Origin: Candidatus Bathyarchaeia archaeon
GTDB taxonomy: Archaea; Thermoproteota; Bathyarchaeia; Bathyarchaeales; Bathycorpusculaceae
Length of the DNA stretch: 12,056 nt
Direction of reading: 5' to 3'
Assembly (NCBI GenBank): GCA_038883715.1
Contig: JAVZLS010000023.1
Coordinates: forward strand, 1-12,056
Position numbers and translations under genes: made by a program. Under the pieces are notes generated by a model that made no database searches, was not told the DNA's origin, and saw nothing but the letters and a program-made list of their open reading frames with translations. This document shows positions 1-6,761 of the stretch, piece after piece (within the stretch, counting starts at the first letter, position 1; each line of letters opens with the position of its first letter).

Positions 1-1748
1 GCTGCTTCTTTGACTGCTTCCCTCTCCTCTTCCGGTAGTTCACAACCTTCAAGCCATATTGACGCAAGAACAGCGAAGTCTGGGGGTATAACCTCTCTAT
101 CGATTCTGACGTCTAGGACAGCTGGTTTTCCGGAGTCCACAGCCCTTTGCAGGGCAGGTTTTATTTGGGATGGCTCGACAATCCTCTCGCCGTAGCAGTT
201 CATGCCCCTCGCCACTTCGTCATACCTTATGTCTGAGAAATCGACCCCAATATGTCTTCTCGAATAGAACAGCGTTTGTCCAGCCCTTATCATTCCCCAA
301 GCGCAGTCGTTCAAAACCACGAACACTATTGGCAGTTGGAGGCGGCTTGCAGTTTCAAGCTCTTGAATGTTTAAGCCGAAGGCTCCATCACCGGTTATGC
401 AGTAAACATGCCTTTCCGGATGGGCAAGTTTTGCTGCAATGGCGTATGGGATTCCAGCGCCCAAGTGTCCAGAATCACCACTAACACAGCTAATGTAGGT
501 GTTTGGTTCATAAACCCTGTTTAGGTAGAAGCACCAAACGGCTGTGTTTCCTCCATCAACAATTGTTATAGCGTCTCCCGGGAAGAACTCCCTGACCTCC
601 CTCACCACGCGTAGCGGATGAATTGGCACGGTGTCTAATCGTGACATTTCCTCAAAATTTTCAAGCCACATCCTTTCTAGACGCTTATAATCCTGAAGGA
701 AGGGATTCTCTTTCCTAGGAGGCGTATACTTTTTAAAGGCTTCCAACAAAGCCTTAAGCGTTGCTTTCGCATCACCCACAATTCCTAAATCAACAGGTCT
801 GTTTAAGCCTATCATGTCGCCTGAAATGTCTATCTGAATGATTTTCTGCTTGGGTGGTTCACCCCACGCCGGCGGTTTCCCCCACATATCCAAGGCTCCA
901 AGTCTGCAACCAACGAGAAGAACAACGTCAGCCTCAGCCTGAGCCACAATAGCCCCATTGCCCGGCGCCGCTGGAATAAGGCATAGGGGATGGTCTTCAG
1001 GTATTGCTCCTCTTCCACTCATTGATGTAGTAACAGGGGCTTGTAGGTATTCAGCCAATTCCATAAGCTCTTTTGATGCTCCAGACCTTAGAACACCGCC
1101 GCCGGCATGTATTAGAGGTGTTTTCGCTTCTGCAAGCATTCTTGCAGCTTTGTCTATGAGAAATAAATCTCCGACAGGCTTTTCCATGACCCTATAACTC
1201 TTTGGAGGCAAAATCTCCACTTCCGCCTCCTCTCCAGTTTGGAATAGAACATCGGAGGGAAAATCTAGATGCACCGGGCCTGGTTTTCCGGACATTGCCG
1301 CCCTAAAAGCCCAATGGGTAAGTTCTGGGATGCGTTTCCAATGGGAAACCACAGCATTCCATTTCGTAACCGCTTTAAAGAGCGTTAATTGATCAAGAGC
1401 TTGTTGGGAACCTTGGTCTGGGTATGAACGCCAAGACTGATTTTGAGCCGTAATAACAACTATCGGTATGCTGTCAGCAAAAGCCGGATAAACACCTCCA
1501 ATAAGGTTTGCAGCTCCTGGACCAACCGTTCCTATACAGACTCCAGGCTGCCCAGTCGTTCTAGCCCAAGCGTCAGCGGCGTGAGCTGCAGCGGCCTCGT
1601 GGCGCATTGTTATGAATTCTATGCGCTTATCCTTGTAAATGGCATCCAATAGGGGGCATAGCTGGTCTCCGGGAACTCCGAAAACGTAGCGGACGCCTTC
1701 CTGAATTAAGCAGCGTTTCAAAACTTCGCCACCAGTTATGCGAGCCAT
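1..1748 (-). CDS. Thiamine diphosphate-dependent enzyme (acetolactate synthase-like / HACL-ILVBL-like fold), 3' end runs off the window
   Basis: Hand translation from ATG at 1748 gives an uninterrupted frame of about 582 codons to the window edge: MARITGGEVLKRCLIQEGVRYVFGVPGDQ..RHEAAAAHAADAWAR..GTVGPGAANL..GKPGPVHLDFPSDVL..DGGNTAVW..GHLGAGIPYAIAAKLAHP..ITGDGAFG..VVLNDCAWGMI. Catalytic Glu (RHE) and the GDG..ND ThDP-binding motif are present. GGAG lies just upstream of the ATG. Missing from the ORF track because its stop lies outside the window. Confidence 0.92.
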   Translation of the reverse strand, partial: MARITGGEVLKRCLIQEGVRYVFGVPGDQLCPLLDAIYKDKRIEFITMRHEAAAAHAADAWARTTGQPGVCIGTVGPGAANLIGGVYPAFADSIPIVVITAQNQSWRSYPDQGSQQALDQLTLFKAVTKWNAVVSHWKRIPELTHWAFRAAMSGKPGPVHLDFPSDVLFQTGEEAEVEILPPKSYRVMEKPVGDLFLIDKAARMLAEAKTPLIHAGGGVLRSGASKELMELAEYLQAPVTTSMSGRGAIPEDHPLCLIPAAPGNGAIVAQAEADVVLLVGCRLGALDMWGKPPAWGEPPKQKIIQIDISGDMIGLNRPVDLGIVGDAKATLKALLEAFKKYTPPRKENPFLQDYKRLERMWLENFEEMSRLDTVPIHPLRVVREVREFFPGDAITIVDGGNTAVWCFYLNRVYEPNTYISCVSGDSGHLGAGIPYAIAAKLAHPERHVYCITGDGAFGLNIQELETASRLQLPIVFVVLNDCAWGMIRAGQTLFYSRRHIGVDFSDIRYDEVARGMNCYGERIVEPSQIKPALQRAVDSGKPAVLDVRIDREVIPPDFAVLASIWLEGCELPEEEREAVKEA

Positions 1749-1796
1749 ACAAATCTCCACACTAAAATATGGTGGCTTTAGGTCTTATCGATTTTA

Positions 1797-1810
1797 CTAT
1801 TAAGATTTTC
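1797..1810 (-). promoter_or_regulatory. Putative archaeal BRE/TATA for the ThDP enzyme gene
   Basis: Minus strand reads GAAAAT-CTTAATAG about 50 nt upstream of the ATG at 1748. Spacing fits a short leader carrying the GGAG SD. Confidence 0.4.
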
Positions 1811-1811
1811 T

Positions 1812-1848
1812 GAAAAGTCAAAAGCCTTAAAGAGGGCAAGTATTAAAT
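1812..1848 (+). promoter_or_regulatory. Putative archaeal BRE/TATA for aor
   Basis: Purine-rich GAAAAGTCAAAAG followed by CCTTAAAG, and a second candidate AAG-TATTAAAT at 1838-1848, upstream of SD GGTGAT (1875-1880) and ATG 1884. Confidence 0.4.
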
Positions 1849-1883
1849 CTGTTTTGCCGCAGAAATTTTACAGCGGTGATTCT

Positions 1884-3731
1884 ATGCCTAGGGGTTATAT
1901 GGGGAAAATTCTAAGAGTAAACTTGACCACTAAAAGCTTGAAGGTTGAGCCAACTTCCGAAGAAGTTGCAAGGAAATATCTAGGGGGTAAAGGTTACGCC
2001 GTATACCTCCTCTACAAGTATTTGAAGGAATATGAGAAGGCTGGAATTTCACCAAAAGATATTGACGCCTTAGGTCCAGAAAATGTTCTAATATTTGCAA
2101 CAGGACCCGGAACCGGCGTGCCGGGCTTTCCATCTTCTGGCAGATATCATGTAATGGCGCTGAAGTCGCCGTTGACAGGCTCTGTTGGAAGTGCAAATTC
2201 AGGTGGGGAGTTTGGCCCTTTCCTAAAGTTTTCCGGCTTTGACGCCATTGTAGTTGAGGGAGTCTCAGAGACTCCCATATACTTGGCTGTTGTGAATGGG
2301 GAGGCCGAATTAAGAGATGCGAGTAACCTTTGGGGTAAAAACGTGTTTGATACTTGTAGAATATTGAAGGATAAGGTTGGTGGCAAAAACACAAGCGTTG
2401 CTTGTATCGGGCCTGCTGGTGAGAATTTGGCGTATATGGCTTGCATAGTTAATGACGAGCACAGGGCTGCGGGGAGAACAGGCGTTGGGGCTGTTATGGG
2501 TTCGAAGAAGCTTAAGGCCATTGTTGTTTCTGGAGAAGAAAAGGTTCCAGTTGCTAAGCCAAAAGAATTCTCAGAAGTTTCAAAAAGATGCTTAGATGCT
2601 CTTAAAACTAACGCTGTCACTGGTGTTGGACTGCCAACATACGGCACAGCCATACTTATAAACATAATTAATACTGCTGGCGGACTGCCATACAAAAATT
2701 GGCAGACAGGTGTGAACCCAGACGCGGAGAAGATAAGTGGTGAAACTCTTGCAGAAAAATATCTGTCCAGTCGGAGGTCGTGTTGGGGCTGCCCAATTGG
2801 TTGTGGAAGAGTTACAAGCGTCAAGTCTGGGCCGTTCCAAATTTTGGCTTCAGAAGGCCCTGAATACGAGTCTGTTTGGGCTTTGGGAAGCAGCACAGGA
2901 GTTAAAGATTTAGATGCTGTTGTTAAGGCAAACCACTATTGTGACGAGTTTGGACTGGACCCAATAAGCATGGGCTCAACAATAGCAGCGGCCATGGAAC
3001 TTAATGAAAGGGGGTACATTCCACAAGAAGATCTGCAAGGCTTGGACTTACGTTTTGGAAATGCCGCGGCCCTTGTGGAGGCAGTTTGGCGAACAGCCTA
3101 CAAAGCTGGATTTGGGAAATACTTGGCCTTGGGTTCAAGGAAGCTCTGCGAGATTTATGGGCATCCGGAGCTTTCCATGAGCGTTAAAGGCTTGGAAATG
3201 CCAGCCTACGACTCGAGAGCCATAAAAGGTATAGGGCTAAACTATGCCACAGCGAATAGGGGAGGCTGCCACGTAACCGGGTACACGGTCTCTCCAGAAG
3301 TTTTAGGAATACCAGAAAAAATAGACCCGTTGAAGACTGAAGGAAAGGCGAAGTGGGTTAAAATATTCCAAGACTTCACATGTGTGGTTAATTCAGCCGT
3401 GAACTGTTTGTTTACAACCTTCGCTTTAGGAACGAAGGACTACGCTGAGCTTTTGTCAGCAGTCACTGGATGGGAGCTGACGGAGGATGAAATCCTAAGA
3501 ATTGGAGAGCGTATCTATAACCTAGAAAGGGTCATAATCAATAAGTATGGATTCGATGGAAAAGATGACACTTTGCCAAAGCGCTTGTTAGAGGAGCCTA
3601 TGCCAGAAGGACCAGCAAAAGGCCACATAACAGAGCTTGAAAAAATGAAGGAAGAATACTATAAGTTGCGCGGCTGGGTCAATGGCGTTCCAACAAAGGA
3701 GAAGTTGGCTGAGCTTGAAATAGAACTTTAG
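1884..3731 (+). CDS. aor: Tungsten-containing aldehyde:ferredoxin oxidoreductase (AOR family), 615 aa
   Basis: GYMGKILRVNL N-terminus, KSPLTG, RAAGRTGVGAVMGSKKLKAI, CWGCPIGC (4Fe-4S ligands), GPEYE, CDEFGLDPIS, KGLEMPAYDSR, NRGGCH, EYYKLRGW. Start moved from TTG 1854 to ATG 1884 because GGTGAT precedes it and family similarity begins there. Confidence 0.96.
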   Translation: MPRGYMGKILRVNLTTKSLKVEPTSEEVARKYLGGKGYAVYLLYKYLKEYEKAGISPKDIDALGPENVLIFATGPGTGVPGFPSSGRYHVMALKSPLTGSVGSANSGGEFGPFLKFSGFDAIVVEGVSETPIYLAVVNGEAELRDASNLWGKNVFDTCRILKDKVGGKNTSVACIGPAGENLAYMACIVNDEHRAAGRTGVGAVMGSKKLKAIVVSGEEKVPVAKPKEFSEVSKRCLDALKTNAVTGVGLPTYGTAILINIINTAGGLPYKNWQTGVNPDAEKISGETLAEKYLSSRRSCWGCPIGCGRVTSVKSGPFQILASEGPEYESVWALGSSTGVKDLDAVVKANHYCDEFGLDPISMGSTIAAAMELNERGYIPQEDLQGLDLRFGNAAALVEAVWRTAYKAGFGKYLALGSRKLCEIYGHPELSMSVKGLEMPAYDSRAIKGIGLNYATANRGGCHVTGYTVSPEVLGIPEKIDPLKTEGKAKWVKIFQDFTCVVNSAVNCLFTTFALGTKDYAELLSAVTGWELTEDEILRIGERIYNLERVIINKYGFDGKDDTLPKRLLEEPMPEGPAKGHITELEKMKEEYYKLRGWVNGVPTKEKLAELEIEL

Positions 3732-3747
3732 AAAAGTAAAAATCCCC

Positions 3748-3768
3748 TTTTTCTTCTTTTCATTTGTT
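3748..3768 (+). terminator. Oligo-T tract, archaeal-type intrinsic terminator candidate after aor
   Basis: TTTTTCTTCTTTTCATTTGTT begins 17 nt after the aor stop codon. Confidence 0.45.
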
Positions 3769-3783
3769 GGAAGCACCTCGGCC

Positions 3784-4065
3784 ATGGTATCTGTAAAAAT
3801 TTTGCTTTTCGCAACTTTGCGAAGCAAATACAAAACTAGGGAGCTCGCTGTTGCATGTGATGGATCACTCTTAAGCATGATTGAGAATGCGTCTAAAATA
3901 CTGGGGCTAGAATTTATTGACGACGTTTACGATAGAAATAGGGGAAAAGTTAGGGACGACATGATAATCATGGTGAATGGACGAAACATTAAGGATTTGA
4001 AGGGAGAGATAACCCTAAAAGACAATGATGTAATAGCCATATTCCCCCCTCTGGCCGGAGGCTAA
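3784..4065 (+). CDS. moaD: MoaD/ThiS-family ubiquitin-like sulfur carrier (SAMP-like), 93 aa
   Basis: VKILLFATLR N-terminus, MVNGRNI, LKDNDVIAIFPPLAGG with C-terminal Gly-Gly. Directly downstream of aor, as is common for W/Mo-pterin enzymes. Confidence 0.92.
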   Translation: MVSVKILLFATLRSKYKTRELAVACDGSLLSMIENASKILGLEFIDDVYDRNRGKVRDDMIIMVNGRNIKDLKGEITLKDNDVIAIFPPLAGG

Positions 4066-4085
4066 ACCATTAGGAACGCATCCTC

Positions 4086-5378
4086 ATGGATGACGGGTTT
4101 CCAGAGGCTCTACAGATAGAAGTTACAAACAAGTGCAACTTCAACTGCAAAATGTGCATTAGGCGTGTTTGGAACGCAAAGCCATTGGACATGGACATAA
4201 CCCTATACAGAAAAATTGCTAGGGCATGCTTTTCAAGATTGAGAAGGCTTATGCTTTATGGCTTCGGAGAACCTTTTATCCATCCACATATTCTTGAAAT
4301 GCTCCGCATAGCCAGAAAAAACCTCCCGGAAAATGGAGAAATTATCATAAGCACAAACGGCTCGCTAATAGCTCCAAAAACTGCCAACAAAATTGTAAAG
4401 GAAATAGGCGTTGACTCCATATCTTTTTCCATAGACACCATCAGCCAAGCCAAACTAAGCCGCATAAGAGAGGGCTCCGACTTCAAATTAATAGCCAATA
4501 ACATCATAGAACTAGCAAGGAAAAAGGACGAGGCTAAAAGGGATTTTAAGCTAGGCTTAGAAACAGTCATAATGAAGGATAATTTCCTAGACATTCCAGA
4601 ACTAGTCAAGTTTGCAGCTTTGAACAATGTTAACTATATAATAGCATCTCACATTGTGCCATACATAAAGGAGATTTTCAATGAAACTATGTATCTAACT
4701 TTGAGCAAGCCAACAATTGAAATACTGAAACCATCACTGAAACACGGGTGGAACCTTATACGCGAATCTACCTTAGAGCTTTTCGACAAAGCTTACGGTG
4801 TGGAAATGGAAACCGCCCCAACCCAGCTTATCAGAAGCTTTTGGGCCAAAGCTGAAAAGAAGGGCTACTGGATTAATCTACCCTTACTTTTAAGCTCTAC
4901 AGAAAAGCTTGACGCGTTGAGTCATCTTGAGAAAGTTTTACAAAAAAGCGAGAAAATCGCACACAAATACCAAATTGATTTGAGGCTGCCAAATCTATAC
5001 CCAGACGCCAAGAAAAGAACATGCCCCTACATTGAAAAGAGAACTTTAACCATAAGAAGCGATGGGAAAGTTTCACCATGCCAAGATTTCATGTACACTC
5101 ACCCCTACTATGTTAATGCCCACAAGAAAGATGTCCATGAAGTAATCTTCGGGGATGCAGTAAAAGAAAAGGTTGAAGAAGTTTGGCAGCGAGACGCTTA
5201 CGCCAAATTTAGAGAGGTTAGGCGGGACATGGCTAAAAACATGCCTTGGTGTGGAGACTGCCCCTACTCGGCTTTAGGATGCTTTTATACAAAAACCAAT
5301 GAAGTTGACTGTTACGCAAATACGCCCACGTGCAACGAGTGCCTATACAGTGTTAACTTGGCACAATGCAACATTTGA
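4086..5378 (+). CDS. Radical SAM/SPASM protein, tungsten-cofactor oxidoreductase maturase-like (Cmo / TIGR04317-like), 430 aa
   Basis: IEVTNKCNFNCKMC (CxxxCxxC), GFGEP, STNG, and a Cys-rich C-terminus CPY..DGKVSPC..PWCGDC..GC..DCYANTPTCNECLYS..QC. Located with aor-moaD. Confidence 0.85.
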   Translation: MDDGFPEALQIEVTNKCNFNCKMCIRRVWNAKPLDMDITLYRKIARACFSRLRRLMLYGFGEPFIHPHILEMLRIARKNLPENGEIIISTNGSLIAPKTANKIVKEIGVDSISFSIDTISQAKLSRIREGSDFKLIANNIIELARKKDEAKRDFKLGLETVIMKDNFLDIPELVKFAALNNVNYIIASHIVPYIKEIFNETMYLTLSKPTIEILKPSLKHGWNLIRESTLELFDKAYGVEMETAPTQLIRSFWAKAEKKGYWINLPLLLSSTEKLDALSHLEKVLQKSEKIAHKYQIDLRLPNLYPDAKKRTCPYIEKRTLTIRSDGKVSPCQDFMYTHPYYVNAHKKDVHEVIFGDAVKEKVEEVWQRDAYAKFREVRRDMAKNMPWCGDCPYSALGCFYTKTNEVDCYANTPTCNECLYSVNLAQCNI

Positions 5379-5388
5379 AGACGCTATT

Positions 5389-6699
5389 CTATTCGAGAAG
5401 CAGCGAGACTGGTCCGGCTTTCCAGGCTTCTATGGCGGCTTTCAGTTCTGGATGTTGTTCGGCATACTGCTCCAGTGGAATTCTGTTCATTGTGGCTTCT
5501 ATGGCTTGCCTAAAGGCTTTCGCGCCAGCTCTAGGCCCCATTGGATGAGCGTGGATTGCTCCGCCAGCTCCTATGGCTATGTCTGTGCCTAAATCGCTTA
5601 TTAGCTGTGGGACGTGGAGCTGTGTTATTCCGCCTGATGGCATGGGCAACGTAGGCTTGATGTTGTGCATCGGGAAGAGCATGGTTCTGCCAGTTTTCAA
5701 GTACTTCTCTTTTAAGAAGAAGGGTTGTTTCCCATAAGGCGCCGGATAAACAAGTATGTCTGCACCCGCAAGTCTCGGAAGCTTTGCCAGGGTTAAGTGG
5801 GATGACATACCCGACTCTGGGTCCTCGTAAATGGCTCCGGCGAAGTCCATGTGGCCTAAAATTGGAACCTTTGTGCTTGGGTCTTCGGCTAAAGCCTTTA
5901 AAACGCCTATGCCTGCCACTAGGTGGTTAACCATTATGGCATTGGCTCCGAGCTCTATGACCTTCTCTGCAAACTCGAAGATTTTCGGTGCGTCCGCCGT
6001 CACATTTATCGTATACATTTTCTTTTCTCCAGTTTCTTGGGCGGCCTTGTCAACAACTTCCATGTACTTTACAATTCGGTCTTCCACCGTATTGAAAGGC
6101 GCATTGGCTAAGAGCTCATCGTCTTTAACAAAGTCTGCACCGCCCACCAAAGCCTCGTAAGCGAGCTTTGCGCCCACATCTGGCGGGTAACCGGTGCAAG
6201 GTTTAATCATATTGTTAAGTATTGGCCTCTTATCGATTTTCAAGTACTCCCTCAAGCCTTGAACACCGAATTTTGGTCCCTTAAACATTTCAAGATAGCT
6301 TTTTGGAAAAGTTATATCTACGAGCTTCAGTCTTCCAGCCATGGAAATGTTGCCAATAACAGTTGTTAAAAGCATTGAAATTTCGTTCATGAAATTCTCG
6401 TAGGGGTAGGCTATCTGAACGATATAACGCCTTAGCTTCACATCAGTTGGAACCTCATATTCAAAGTCTGGGACCTCGTTTATGGCGATTACTTTGGCTA
6501 TATGCCTCTTCCGCAGCTCGATAGTTTCGCCCGGAACGCGGATCCACGTCCCTGTGCTTTGCTCAACAGCCACGGCCATGGCAATTTTGTCTATAGGCCA
6601 TTCTCGTGGGACAGCCGCGTAGTAGGTGGCTATCACGTATTTTTCGGGGTCTATCCCCTCTGGTAAAGCTAGTGGAAGGGCTTCAATTTCTTCCGACAT
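5389..6699 (-). CDS. RuBisCO-like protein (form IV RLP), 436 aa
   Basis: EQSTGTW, TTVIGNIS, GPKFGVQGLR, NMIKPCTG, GGADFVKDDE (KDDE at 6115-6126), GHMDFAGA, YGK, PMPSGG, GAGGAIHAHPMG. Lacks several RuBisCO catalytic residues. SD GGTGA upstream of ATG 6699. Confidence 0.95.
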   Translation of the reverse strand: MSEEIEALPLALPEGIDPEKYVIATYYAAVPREWPIDKIAMAVAVEQSTGTWIRVPGETIELRKRHIAKVIAINEVPDFEYEVPTDVKLRRYIVQIAYPYENFMNEISMLLTTVIGNISMAGRLKLVDITFPKSYLEMFKGPKFGVQGLREYLKIDKRPILNNMIKPCTGYPPDVGAKLAYEALVGGADFVKDDELLANAPFNTVEDRIVKYMEVVDKAAQETGEKKMYTINVTADAPKIFEFAEKVIELGANAIMVNHLVAGIGVLKALAEDPSTKVPILGHMDFAGAIYEDPESGMSSHLTLAKLPRLAGADILVYPAPYGKQPFFLKEKYLKTGRTMLFPMHNIKPTLPMPSGGITQLHVPQLISDLGTDIAIGAGGAIHAHPMGPRAGAKAFRQAIEATMNRIPLEQYAEQHPELKAAIEAWKAGPVSLLLE

Positions 6700-6743
6700 T
6701 AAATTTCACCAACCTAGTCAACTCTATAGATGAATTGTTGCGG

Positions 6744-6760
6744 TAATAAATATGTACACT
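6744..6760 (-). promoter_or_regulatory. Possible internal TATA element upstream of the RLP gene
   Basis: Minus strand ..GTGTACATATTTATTAC.. in the 62 nt gap between the kinase and RLP genes, about 45 nt upstream of the RLP ATG. Confidence 0.3.
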
Positions 6761-6761
6761 T

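Noticed and set aside
10-1652. Short ORFs at 10-195, 170-484, 830-1018, 958-1197 and 1443-1652
   Set aside because: All lie within the minus-strand ThDP enzyme gene, antisense or out of frame, and have no family motifs.
1806-1816. Palindrome TTTTC-T-GAAAA in the ThDP/aor divergent region as an operator
   Set aside because: Short and low-complexity, adequately explained by two back-to-back BRE-like elements.
1854-1883. N-terminal extension of AOR from TTG 1854 (ORF track)
   Set aside because: ATG 1884 has a GGTGAT SD and matches the family N-terminus. The extension overlaps the likely promoter and leader.
1930-2896. Long antisense ORFs inside aor (249, 154 and 82 aa)
   Set aside because: Shadow frames of a well-supported gene, with no recognisable motifs.
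3784-5378. RiPP system with the radical SAM/SPASM enzyme and a small precursor peptide
   Set aside because: The small upstream ORF is a clear MoaD fold ending in Gly-Gly, no precursor-like peptide or RRE/PqqD domain is evident, and the AOR context explains the enzyme.
5389-6699. Bona fide CO2-fixing RuBisCO (form III) with AMP or reductive hexulose-phosphate pathway
   Set aside because: K177, R295 and H327 equivalents are substituted, and no AMP phosphorylase, R15P isomerase or phosphoribulokinase gene is in the window.
6723-6730. Perfect palindrome TCTATAGA upstream of the RLP gene
   Set aside because: Only 8 bp, does not extend, and was not noticed in the other intergenic regions. Expected by chance.
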